Assembly (NCBI GenBank): GCA_963791045.1
Contig: CAWBQK010000011.1
Location: forward strand, 288,001-352,000
Direction of reading: 5' to 3'
Length of the DNA: 64,000 nucleotides
From: Candidatus Latescibacterota bacterium
Lineage (GTDB): Bacteria > Krumholzibacteriota > Krumholzibacteriia > WVZY01
Shown here: piece after piece, positions 19,586-28,839 of the stretch
Numbering within the stretch: the first letter of the stretch is position 1
How the letters are laid out: every line of letters begins with the position of its first letter
Made by a program: the position numbers and the translations under genes
The notes under the pieces: model-generated
Database searches by the model: none
Told to the model about the DNA's origin: nothing
The model's input: the letters and a program-made list of their open reading frames with translations, nothing else

Positions 19586-20200
19586 CTAAGTTTGAACAAA
19601 CGTTTCTCCGCGTTTGCGACTGAATGCGTTCATAAGTCCGAGAATTATTCCCAGACAAAGAAAGGCGCCGGGCGCTTGTACCATGAACTCGAACGGTTCA
19701 TACGAGCTCCCAAACACCGGAATTCCGAAGAAGGTGCCTGCGCCGATAACTTCGCGCAGCGAACCGACAACCGTAAGCGACATTGTAAAACCCGCGCCGA
19801 CACTCAGACCGTCGGCGATCGACAACCCGACACTATTTTTGGAGGCGAAAGCCTCTGCGCGGCCGAGAATGATACAGTTGACGACGATGAGTGGAATGTA
19901 GATTCCGAGCTGTTCGGAGAGCGTAAAGAAAAACGCTTTCATCATGATCTCGACGATTACGACGAGCGTGGCGATGATAACGATAAAACTCGCGATCCGG
20001 ACCTTGTCGGGAATCGCCTTTCTGAGCATCGATATAAACATATTTGAGAACACGAGCACGAATGTAGCTGCTACGCCCATCCCCAGGCCGTTCTCCGCCG
20101 ACGAAGTGACGGCGAGCGCGGGACACAATCCCAGGACGAGACGAAACGGTGGCAGATCGTTCCACAAACCGTGAGTCAGAGCTTTCTTAAACGTCATCAT
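19586..20200 (-). CDS. rnfE: Rnf subunit E
   Basis: LGLCPALAVT, YIPLIVVNCIILGRAEAFA, APGAF. Confidence 0.95.
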   Translation of the reverse strand: MMTFKKALTHGLWNDLPPFRLVLGLCPALAVTSSAENGLGMGVAATFVLVFSNMFISMLRKAIPDKVRIASFIVIIATLVVIVEIMMKAFFFTLSEQLGIYIPLIVVNCIILGRAEAFASKNSVGLSIADGLSVGAGFTMSLTVVGSLREVIGAGTFFGIPVFGSSYEPFEFMVQAPGAFLCLGIILGLMNAFSRKRGETFVQT

Positions 20201-20299
20201 CAAACCCTTTTTGGTAACGGGAAGCGGATAAGCCGTCGATCCCATCCACGTCGTGTCCGATCGGTGATCTCCCGGGTAACAGACGGCTCTATCCGCTTA

Positions 20300-20893
20300 T
20301 CAGTCCTTTTTGTCCTCTATCGACGCGATTATCAAATCGCGGTTTTTTGTAAGCAGTTCAACGATCCGGTTGGTGCCGTTGACCATTGCTTTCGACGAAT
20401 AGGTGGCTCCGCTTATCGCGTCAATTCCGCCGCCCATGGTTCTCAAAGCCACCGGCTCGTCCACCGGAATTCTCCGCCACTGATTTCGGAACGATTCTCT
20501 TTCGACTTTTGATCCGACACCGGGCGTTTCGTTGTGTTGAATGATTTCAATTCCGACCATCTCGCTGTTCTGAACGTCGATTCCGATCATGACGGAGATG
20601 TCTCCGCCGTAGCCGCCTTTTCCCGCCGCTTCGAGGGCGAGGAATGTCACTTTGCCGTCTTCCGTCAGATAAAAGACCGGGATCGTCTCGCCTTCGACGT
20701 TCACGCTGACTTTTTGTCCGAGAAGCTCCGAAGCGGGGAGGTCAAAGAGCCGCTCGAGTGCGGGTCCGCGGACGTAAAAGTCATTCTGCCGCTCGATCCT
20801 CGGTCCAAGCGATTGACGAGCAGCCGTGAGCGCGGCGGCGGATATGCCGCAGATCAACGTGAGCACGAGGGCGAGACGACCGATCTCACGCAT
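20300..20893 (-). CDS. rnfG: Rnf subunit G (FMN-binding)
   Basis: N-terminal TM, GYGG, HNETPGVG, and the flavinylation motif DAISGATYSS. Confidence 0.93.
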   Translation of the reverse strand: MREIGRLALVLTLICGISAAALTAARQSLGPRIERQNDFYVRGPALERLFDLPASELLGQKVSVNVEGETIPVFYLTEDGKVTFLALEAAGKGGYGGDISVMIGIDVQNSEMVGIEIIQHNETPGVGSKVERESFRNQWRRIPVDEPVALRTMGGGIDAISGATYSSKAMVNGTNRIVELLTKNRDLIIASIEDKKD

Positions 20894-21860
20894 TTTCTAC
20901 TCCTTCCAGCCCGCGCACCTTTGGGGTGATACGGTCGAGCAAAGGCGTGCACATATTGACGAGCAGAATCGCAAATACAACTCCGTCGACATGGTTGGAA
21001 AACGCCCGGATGATCATCAGAAGCGCGCCGCCGAGAAATCCATAAATCAACATCGGTATTGGATTCACCGGAGAGGTCGAGTGGTCCGTCGCGAGGAAGA
21101 ACGCCGCGAACACCGTACCGCCCGAAAGCAGGTAGAATGTCGGCGACGCGAACAAGTCGGGGCTCACCGCTCCGATGACTCCGGCCATGAGCAGATTTCC
21201 CGCCAGAAAACCCGCCGGGATCTGCCATGAGATTTCACGCATAATGAGAAGGAACAGCCCGCCAATCAGCAGGAACAAGACGAGTCCGTTGCCAATGCCG
21301 GCCGCTTGTTTGCCAAGAAGAAGGTCCTGCCATGCAAACATTGATTCCGCGCTGCTTCCCATGGACCTGGCTACCCTGAGCGGTTCGATCATCTTGACTC
21401 CCCAGTCGATTGACACTAGGGACGCCGTGTAATCGAGCCGTTGCGGCCAGGACACCTGCAGCATTGCAAAACTTAGCAGTGCGGGATGGACGGGGTATGA
21501 CCCCGTGCCGCCAAAAAGCTTCTTGCCCACGACTATCATCAAGAGACACCCCACCATGATGATCCACCACGGCGTGGTGCATGGCAGGAGCAGCGCGAAG
21601 ATGACCGCGAGCGTTACGCTGCTCCAGTTTGCCGTGAAGTCCTTGGAGGGAATGAGCCTGTTCATAATCGAGTCGAAAGCGGTGGAAAAAACCACCGCAA
21701 GCCCGATGATCCGGATTGTATCCCATCCAAAAAGCCAAACGCTTGCCGCGATTGCCGGCAAAAGCGCGATGAGCCAGCGTTGATGAACGCCGGGCAGGTT
21801 ACTTCCGTCCCTCCAATGGGGACTCGATGCAACATCAAGGTGTCCAAATTCTTCGGGCAT
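20886..21860 (-). CDS. rnfD: Rnf subunit D, variant without the flavinylated Thr
   Basis: SSPH, GKKLFGG..HPA, FFLATD..TSP, DGVVFAILL.N. The canonical (S/T)GATPL is replaced by KMIEPL. Confidence 0.88.
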   Translation of the reverse strand: MPEEFGHLDVASSPHWRDGSNLPGVHQRWLIALLPAIAASVWLFGWDTIRIIGLAVVFSTAFDSIMNRLIPSKDFTANWSSVTLAVIFALLLPCTTPWWIIMVGCLLMIVVGKKLFGGTGSYPVHPALLSFAMLQVSWPQRLDYTASLVSIDWGVKMIEPLRVARSMGSSAESMFAWQDLLLGKQAAGIGNGLVLFLLIGGLFLLIMREISWQIPAGFLAGNLLMAGVIGAVSPDLFASPTFYLLSGGTVFAAFFLATDHSTSPVNPIPMLIYGFLGGALLMIIRAFSNHVDGVVFAILLVNMCTPLLDRITPKVRGLEGVENA

Positions 21861-21864
21861 CCGA

Positions 21865-23149
21865 TTATCCTTCGTACTGATTGCAGAGTTTGATCATTTG
21901 TACCAGGGGCCGGTGCGCCGGACAGACATAGGCGCACAGACCGCATTCGTTGCATGCTTCGGGATGAAACTTTTTGATGTCCAGGAACAAGTTGTGTTCG
22001 ATGTATCGCCCCAGGAGATGCACTTGAATATTCGCCGGACACGCGCGCGTGCAACGGCCGCAGTTGATGCACGGCAAGTTGATGTCCGGCGGCACCTTGT
22101 CTTCCGAAACGAGGTAGACCCCGTGCACCGATTTGGTCAAAGGCGTTTCATCGGTGAACTGCGCATTGCCTTTCATTGGGCCGCCCACGAGAAGTCGTGA
22201 GTAGGGGACGTTGTCCAACCCCAGGTCATGGAGGATCGTCCGGATCGATGTCCCGATGGGGAATCGAGCCACGACGGTTTTGGAGAAGAGAATCCCCGCC
22301 AACCGTCACATACTTCTCCGTGAATGGCCCGATTCCTTCCAGTGCGTCTATCATCGCGAGAAGGTATTCAACAGAAAGGACGGCGACGCCTTTTCGCCGG
22401 TAAGCGATCGTATTCGGAATTGTCTTGTTCGTGATCTTCGGAATGAAAAAACGCTCGATCCGTTCTTTGTATTGATCGGGAAGCGCCACCACCTTCGCCT
22501 TGTCTCCGAACTCATTCGAGGCCCAGGACGAGAGCCGCTTCGGCACGGTGAGAAGGACCTTGGCATTGGGCGCGATGCCGCCCAGAAGATCCATCCCGCG
22601 TTTGATGTCTTCCGGCACTTTTTGTAGAAGGGTTTCAAACGTAAAAACCGAGGGTTCTTCGTTGACACCCTTTATTACGATGGTATCGACTTCGGGAAGC
22701 CCTTCGGGCGATTCCTCGTGATGAAATTTCCCCGGGAGTGTCCACGGACAAACGACTCCGGACACTTTGAGGCGGTCGACCCATGAGGTGATTTCACCCT
22801 GCGAGCCCGACCTCTCAGTTATTTCGTCACCACTCAGCGGTGGTTCGCCGTTCTTTGAGATTACCACCGCCGGCACGTGATAACTCCGCGCGGTCCAGAT
22901 CGTTTTTATCTCTTTGACAACCCCGCTAATTGAAGCGTGGACGCAGTTGCCGAGTTTGGAGCGACCGATGATCTGGTTCTTGCGGACGCTGTCTCCTTCG
23001 CGGACTTCCGGCATGTACAGGATCTGTCCGGGATACTCGAGCGGAATTACAACCGAGTCAGGGTCGGAGATCTTGTGTATTTCGCCGTCGCACGAGTTGC
23101 CGTTCGGCACGTACGTCAATGGTTTAAAAAATGTTCGGAGTGAGATCAT
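21865..23149 (-). CDS. rnfC: Rnf subunit C, divergent, frameshift near 22285
   Basis: N-terminal barrel-sandwich (V.EGD.V..Q.IG, VHASISG.V), SLBB with GGPMKG, and CINCGRCTRACP plus CNECGLCAYVCP. Read across ORFs 22226..23200 and 21865..22302. Confidence 0.85.
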
Positions 23150-23221
23150 GGTTGTTTGATTCTCATGTTGTTGGTTGCTCGTTGTTCCCGGAGCGCGCAT
23201 GCCTGCGCCCCGGCGGGTTTG

Positions 23222-23848
23222 TTACTCGAGATGGCATGACTGACAGCGAGCGCCGCCATTCTGGTCGGCAAAAATACCGGGACGTACGGTCAAGTGACAG
23301 TGACTGCAGTGTCCATGAAAAACCGCGCCGATGGCCCGGGGATGATGACATCCCTCACAACCATGCCCCTCCACACCCAACATCTCATCGTGTGTCATCA
23401 GATCCGGTGTGTAGTCGTCGTCGTGGCATTCCACGCACCCGACGGCCGCGAGATCGACCGGCTCGTCCGTCGGATGACAACCGCGGCAGGAGTTTGCCCG
23501 GGCGTTTTTGTCCACCTGGTGGCAGCGCTCGCACGCATGGCCTTCTATGGTTTTCAATTCCTCGTGATCAAAATCTTCGTGTGTCATGCCCTCATCATGA
23601 CAGTCACTGCACGGAACTCGTGAATCGGCCAGGAGGAGTTCGTGGTGACAACTTTCGCAACCTTCGGCATAACCGGCGTGGGCCTTGTGATCAAAGACCA
23701 CGGCTCCGGCGCTGCTGCGGATGTAGTACCTCTTGGACTCGTCGGGGCCGTTGTCCACCACGTACGCTACGCACGCCGCCAGGGCTGCGATTGCGGTCAG
23801 GATCAAAAGAGTCCGTGTGCCTGGAAGGCCGTGGAATCTACCATTCAT
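23222..23848 (-). CDS. Octaheme cytochrome c (c3-like), exported or membrane-anchored
   Basis: Eight CXXCH motifs (CESCH, CSDCH, CERCH, CRGCH, CVECH, CEGCH, CSHCH, CQSCH); c3-type GAVVFDHKAH; N-terminal hydrophobic segment. Confidence 0.9.
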   Translation of the reverse strand: MNGRFHGLPGTRTLLILTAIAALAACVAYVVDNGPDESKRYYIRSSAGAVVFDHKAHAGYAEGCESCHHELLLADSRVPCSDCHDEGMTHEDFDHEELKTIEGHACERCHQVDKNARANSCRGCHPTDEPVDLAAVGCVECHDDDYTPDLMTHDEMLGVEGHGCEGCHHPRAIGAVFHGHCSHCHLTVRPGIFADQNGGARCQSCHLE

Positions 23849-24311
23849 GACTGTCCTCAAGCATTATTTGTTGTTCATCGTCCGGATCTATCTCGTGCCA
23901 TGGACAACCGGCCCTGAGGCAAATGAGAAACGGCACTTTCGCTTCGGATACCGTCACCAGAAAGCTCGCCACCTGCGAATCGCCGATGCCGCAGTGCTTT
24001 CCGGGGACGACGAGCGATTTGTGGCAGTGGGGGCATCGAAGATCTTTGAGCTCCTCGCCTTCGGGGACGACCATTGCTGTTTTCCGCTCGTAAACATTGA
24101 GGTAGGCGCTCAGTTCGACAGTGCCGGTTTCTCCGGACTGGTTGATCGCCTCGAACAAAATCACGTTGTTCTGTGACAACTTTTCGTCGCAGTGCGGGCA
24201 AAACGAACGGAGATACGTTCCGGATTTGACTTTGATCCGTTCGTTATATTTGTGGGCTTTCCAAGCCAGATTTTCCCAGCTCTTTCCCCGTTCAGGCTTT
24301 TTCTCCGTCAT
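23838..24311 (-). CDS. Cys-rich metal-binding hypothetical protein, homologous to the C-terminal domain of the NuoE-like protein at 45465
   Basis: CPHC...CPHC...C...ICLRAGCPWH; the stop overlaps the cytochrome start. Confidence 0.75.
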   Translation of the reverse strand: MTEKKPERGKSWENLAWKAHKYNERIKVKSGTYLRSFCPHCDEKLSQNNVILFEAINQSGETGTVELSAYLNVYERKTAMVVPEGEELKDLRCPHCHKSLVVPGKHCGIGDSQVASFLVTVSEAKVPFLICLRAGCPWHEIDPDDEQQIMLEDSHEW

Positions 24312-24374
24312 TGTTTCCTCGTCTCCGCGCCCGTGCGTTTGTATAGGATTCGTGACATTTGTGGCGGATTCGTT

Positions 24375-25475
24375 CTATATCTGCCCGGCATCTGCTGCGC
24401 TCTGATAGAGGGCCGTGGTTGCCGGTGCCTCTCGTATTGGATAAAGCCGGTCAAATTCCGGCGTTGAGATTTCTTTGAAACCTTCATCCGTATTGACTAT
24501 CAAGTGGGCGGCGAGCGAAAGCTCCACCGCCAGTTCGTATCCGTCTTCGGGTCCGAGAACGCTTATCGCTGTCGCCATGGCATCCGCGTAGGCGCACTGT
24601 TGGTGGACGACGGCAGCGGATACTAGTCTGTGTGTTATGGGGTATCCGGTCCTTGGGTCGATCAAGTGCGAGTACTTCTTCCCGCCGCTCTCGAAATAGT
24701 TGAGATAGTTGCCTGACGTTGCCATAGAAGCGTTCTTGAGCGAAATGACTCGTGTCACGCCTACGGTTTCTTCGGGCTTCGCGATTCCGATTTGCCAGCA
24801 TGTGTTTTTGTCGTTTCGCCCTTGTGTTCTGATTTCTCCCCCAATTTCGACCACATAGTCCGAATGTCCGCTGATGTCGAGATAACCTGAGATTCTATCG
24901 ACGGCGTATCCCTTCGCGATTCCCGAGAGATCGCAGTAAATATCACCCTGGGATTTTCTGAGCGACGCGGGAGAGAGTCGTACCTCCACCTTTTGATAAC
25001 CGGTTCGTGAAAGGGCTCTGCCGATTTGAATGTCCGATGGCACGCTCGGTTTTCTCGCGACCGGGCCGAACCCCCACAAGTTTACAACCGAGCCGATTGT
25101 CATGTCATACGCGCCCCCCGTTGCCTCGCTGACTTCGATCGCCTGTTTGACTACCGCGGCGGTGTTGACCGATACGGGGAACCAGTCCGAGCCTTTGAAT
25201 TTGTTGAACCGCGAGATTTCCGAACCGGGAAGATACGTGGACATCTGTGCGTTGATTTCCACAAGTATCGCGTCGATGTCTTTCTCGGTTTTCTTGATTC
25301 GCTGTTCCGGATATCTGGGATCAACGCAGATCTTGACCATGTAAGCCGTCCCCATCGTTTCACCTCTGATTGCGACGATTCTGCTCGATCCTGGGTTCGA
25401 GCAACTCGGAATCACAAGGGGAACGAGCACGAACAAACAGAAGAGCGATTTTATATGCTGTGCAAGAAAGGTCAT
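24375..25475 (-). CDS. apbE: FAD:protein FMN transferase
   Basis: Lipoprotein signal, GETMGT, SEISRFN, DLSGIAKGYAVD, EIGGE, ATSGNY, HLIDP, ADAMATA. Confidence 0.95.
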   Translation of the reverse strand: MTFLAQHIKSLFCLFVLVPLVIPSCSNPGSSRIVAIRGETMGTAYMVKICVDPRYPEQRIKKTEKDIDAILVEINAQMSTYLPGSEISRFNKFKGSDWFPVSVNTAAVVKQAIEVSEATGGAYDMTIGSVVNLWGFGPVARKPSVPSDIQIGRALSRTGYQKVEVRLSPASLRKSQGDIYCDLSGIAKGYAVDRISGYLDISGHSDYVVEIGGEIRTQGRNDKNTCWQIGIAKPEETVGVTRVISLKNASMATSGNYLNYFESGGKKYSHLIDPRTGYPITHRLVSAAVVHQQCAYADAMATAISVLGPEDGYELAVELSLAAHLIVNTDEGFKEISTPEFDRLYPIREAPATTALYQSAADAGQI

Positions 25476-25478
25476 GTG

Positions 25479-26699
25479 TTAGTCAGCCACCCATCCGAAA
25501 AGAGGAATTCCGATGACACTGTGGGCCAGAACGGCGGTTCCATATACTGCCTCCACGATTTTGTTTACATCGACATGTTCGTTGGCCGCGTGGGCGGAGA
25601 TTTCATCGCCGGGGCCGAAGCAGACCGTGGGGATCTTGTAGTTGCCGACCAGTTTGCTTCCCGCCGTCCCCATTCCAAGCCGATCCAGCGCGCATTTGCG
25701 AATCGGAACATCGCCAAAACCCGCGGCGGCAAGCGCCGTATGAGCTTTGTCGACTGGAGGATCCAGCGGTTGAGTGGTCCAGGGTTCGGTTCTGTAGGAC
25801 ACGTCGGTCGCCAGTCCCGTGTACATTTTTTGACGTTCCTTGTGAACGTGGATGCCGAACGGGACGCGGTCGAGAATCTTCAAAGCAGAAATGACTTTGT
25901 GTTGCACCCGAGCGACGCAATCGTCGGCGGATTCGCTCATCCTGATTCGGTGGCGAATTCTTATGGTAGCCTCCGTGGTGTCGTCGACTTCCATGTATGA
26001 CGGCTGATCGATCTGGGTCATCTCGTGATCGTCCTGGTCGGTGAGATCGGGGTCCGGAGCATCAAGGTATTGATAAATCAGTTCCGATGCGCGCTTGACT
26101 CTGAATTTCTCTTTGCCCTCGATGTTTACATCGACATCGACCCACCCGTCGTGGCCGTTGCACATGGTCAGCGAGGTTGGCTCACCGAGGACGGCAAGAT
26201 CCGGTTCGAATCCGAGTTTTGGAAGTGTTTCCTCGAGCAGATGCTGGGTGCCCGCGCTGCAGCCGTTTTCTTCCGCCACCGTCGATGCGACGACGAGGTT
26301 TCCCCTCAGCGGCAGCCGGCTCTGATCCAGCACGTGTCCCGCCATGATTTGAGCGGCAAGCCCTCCCTTACAGTCGGCCGCGCCGAGACCGAAAACGTGC
26401 CCGTCCCGGCGCTCGCCTGAAAATGGGGAATCATTCCATGAACCATCAGGGCGGACCGTGTCCATATGGGAGCTCAGAAGTACCGTCGGCCCATCCTCTC
26501 CTCCCACCATGATGCCGATCACGTTCCCCGCGGCATCTCTGAAGACGAGATCATAATCCATCTCCTCCAATATATTCTGGACGCGGTCCGCCATTTTCCT
26601 TTCCTGCAGGCTGAAGCTCGGAATCCGGATGAGTTGTTGGGTAATCCGGATCGTCTCCTCGCGGAGGTTGTCGGTCATTTCTCTAATTTGCCGGTACAC
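25479..26699 (-). CDS. M20-family metallohydrolase (ArgE/DapE/YgeY-like)
   Basis: SHMDTV, GLGAADCKGG, VAEE, GEPT, FGPG..AH.ANEHV. GTG start after an AAGGGAG RBS. Confidence 0.85.
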   Translation of the reverse strand: MYRQIREMTDNLREETIRITQQLIRIPSFSLQERKMADRVQNILEEMDYDLVFRDAAGNVIGIMVGGEDGPTVLLSSHMDTVRPDGSWNDSPFSGERRDGHVFGLGAADCKGGLAAQIMAGHVLDQSRLPLRGNLVVASTVAEENGCSAGTQHLLEETLPKLGFEPDLAVLGEPTSLTMCNGHDGWVDVDVNIEGKEKFRVKRASELIYQYLDAPDPDLTDQDDHEMTQIDQPSYMEVDDTTEATIRIRHRIRMSESADDCVARVQHKVISALKILDRVPFGIHVHKERQKMYTGLATDVSYRTEPWTTQPLDPPVDKAHTALAAAGFGDVPIRKCALDRLGMGTAGSKLVGNYKIPTVCFGPGDEISAHAANEHVDVNKIVEAVYGTAVLAHSVIGIPLFGWVAD

Positions 26700-26748
26700 G
26701 GCCCTTTGACTCCCTTAAATTCAGTAGTTAGTTGAACCTTAGCTAAGG

Positions 26749-26763
26749 GCAAGGGGCATGCCA
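26749..26763 (-). promoter_or_regulatory. Sigma54 -24/-12 promoter of the M20-apbE-cytochrome-rnf operon
   Basis: TGGCATG-CCCC-TTGC (GG-N10-GC), 50 bp upstream of the start codon. Confidence 0.8.
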
Positions 26764-26820
26764 TAATAGCAGGACCTTGTAAGCGATTTAATATTAGCAG
26801 GTTATGTGGCAAATCCACGC

Positions 26821-26849
26821 TTGACAAATAGGCGCAATCATTCTATTAT
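26821..26849 (+). promoter_or_regulatory. Sigma70 promoter of the XylR-like activator
   Basis: TTGACA-17 nt-TATTAT. Confidence 0.7.
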
Positions 26850-26875
26850 GGAATATAAGTATTTCAAAACGAAAA
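26840..26875. promoter_or_regulatory. Two putative enhancer (UAS) boxes
   Basis: ATTCTATTATGGAAT (26840-26854) and ATTTCAAAACGAAAA (26861-26875), offset by 21 bp. The same motif recurs at 28557 and 36237. Confidence 0.6.
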
Positions 26876-26876
26876 G

Positions 26877-28511
26877 GTGGTCGCGATGCGCGCCGAGGAC
26901 CTGAGACTCGAAGATTTGGTGACATTTTCTGAAGGAATCGTCAGCCTCCACGGGAGACGGTTGGTGCTGCATGATATCCACGCGATGGCCCAGTTGCGCA
27001 AGGACCTCGTCGAGACTATCGGTGGGCAGCAAACCCGGCGTATATTGACGCGTTTTGGATTTTACTGGGGAGAAGCGGATGCCGCCGCCATGCAGCGCAT
27101 TGTCCAATGGCGAAACGTTGCGGAGTGGATGCGGGCGGGTCCCCAGCTCCACCGTCTCCAGGGTGTCGCCAATGTGGAGATAAAGTCCTTTAATCTAAGG
27201 GATTATGGGGAGTTTCACATCGAAGTGCACTGGCATGAATCCGCGGAAGCTGAAGAACAACTCATTGAACTTGGAGAGACCGCGGCTGGCGGTTGTTGGA
27301 TCACGCTTGGTTACGCCAGCGGATACGCATCCTATTGTCTTGGCAGTCCGGTTTATTTCAAGGAGACGAGTTGTCGGGGGCGGGGTGACAAGCACTGTAT
27401 TGCCGTCGGGAAAGATAGTAAAACGTGGGGTGAGGATGCGGAGGTCTTGTCGCTGGACTACCAGGGGGATGATATCAAGGGCAAGATTGATGAGATGGCG
27501 ACTGAACTCCGAAAGAAAACGCTCGAGTTGGCGCGGCAACGTAAAAAACTCAAACGGGTCAACCCGATCGCGGGTCCGAACACCGCGGAGACGAGGAGCA
27601 AGTCCTTTCAGCAGGTTCTTGACTCGGCGCGCCGGGTGGCGCGATTCGACTCGTCGGTTTTGATTACGGGAGAGAGTGGTGTCGGAAAAGAAGTTGTGGC
27701 CCGATTTGTCCATGAAAACTCACCACGAAGCCGCAAAGCGTTTGTTGCAATCAACTGCGGGGCGCTTCCCGAAACACTCCTCGAAAGCGAACTTTTTGGC
27801 CACAAGGCTGGATCCTTCACTGGCGCCATCCGCGACCGGGCGGGGTTGTTCGAACAGGCGTCCGGCGGGACGATTCTTCTCGATGAAATCGGTGACGTAA
27901 CGCCGGCGCTTCAGGTGACCCTGCTTCGGGTCCTTCAGGAGAAAAAAATCCGGCGCGTGGGGGACAATACGTTTCGGGATGTTGATGTCCGCATCATCGC
28001 CGCGACCAACCGAAAGCTGGATCAGGAAGTGCGCGAGGGGCGTTTCCGTGACGACCTGTTTTATCGGCTCCGTGTTGTCGAAGTCCACATTCCGCCGCTG
28101 CGGGAGCGCGTCGTCGACATTATGCCCCTTGCCCGCTTCTTTGTGGAGCGGCTGAGCAAACGGCTCAGAATTCGCCGTCTGGCGATTGAGCCGGATTGTC
28201 TCCGCTTCCTCGAAACCTACCCGTGGCCGGGGAACGTGCGCGAACTCGAGAATGCCCTCGAAAGAGCGGCAGTGATGACCGATGATGGCTGGATTCGTGT
28301 GGAGCATCTGCCGCCCGACATGGTCGAAAACGATGTCTTTGGCAGCGGGACGGTTTCGAGCCTGAAGAGAACGCTTGCCGACACGGAACGAGATTACGTT
28401 CTCGCGGTATTAAAGACGGTCGATGGGAACAAGACCCACGCGGCGAAGATTCTCGGAATCGGCAACACAACACTCTGGCGAAAACTTAAGGAGTGGGGCA
28501 CAGAGACCTGA
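26877..28511 (+). CDS. XylR/DmpR-family sigma54-dependent activator (XylR_N + V4R + AAA+ + HTH)
   Basis: LRKDLV..G...RFG, GYASGYAS..E..C..C (V4R), GESGVGKE, ESELFGHKAGSFTGA, WPGNVREL, AKILGI..TLWRKL. Confidence 0.93.
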   Translation: MVAMRAEDLRLEDLVTFSEGIVSLHGRRLVLHDIHAMAQLRKDLVETIGGQQTRRILTRFGFYWGEADAAAMQRIVQWRNVAEWMRAGPQLHRLQGVANVEIKSFNLRDYGEFHIEVHWHESAEAEEQLIELGETAAGGCWITLGYASGYASYCLGSPVYFKETSCRGRGDKHCIAVGKDSKTWGEDAEVLSLDYQGDDIKGKIDEMATELRKKTLELARQRKKLKRVNPIAGPNTAETRSKSFQQVLDSARRVARFDSSVLITGESGVGKEVVARFVHENSPRSRKAFVAINCGALPETLLESELFGHKAGSFTGAIRDRAGLFEQASGGTILLDEIGDVTPALQVTLLRVLQEKKIRRVGDNTFRDVDVRIIAATNRKLDQEVREGRFRDDLFYRLRVVEVHIPPLRERVVDIMPLARFFVERLSKRLRIRRLAIEPDCLRFLETYPWPGNVRELENALERAAVMTDDGWIRVEHLPPDMVENDVFGSGTVSSLKRTLADTERDYVLAVLKTVDGNKTHAAKILGIGNTTLWRKLKEWGTET

Positions 28512-28645
28512 CGTCACAAACCCTCGATTTTCAACGTCCTTCTTCAAAATCATACCATTTCAAATCGGAATAAATGTTTTGTCGGGTTGAACGTCACCTG
28601 GCTGCAACCGGATATATATAAATAGGTTATAGCGCCCGTGAAATT

Positions 28646-28660
28646 TGGCATGTGAGTTGC
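28646..28660 (+). promoter_or_regulatory. Sigma54 promoter of the first gdh operon
   Basis: TGGCATG-TGAG-TTGC, with a UAS-like ATTTCAAATCGGAAT at 28557-28571. Confidence 0.8.
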
Positions 28661-28839
28661 CGTCGTACTTCCTGTATAGTTAAATATCACTTGATTTTAT
28701 CGGCGGTGGCGAGTGGAGCGGATGATGGCGGATGAGAATGGGGATTACAACCGGCCGAAAAACAAGATTGCATTGACCGCACCATTAAACGATTGAGAAC
28801 CCTTTGGTTTTCCGTGGGAGGAGGCGACAGGTAATCATT

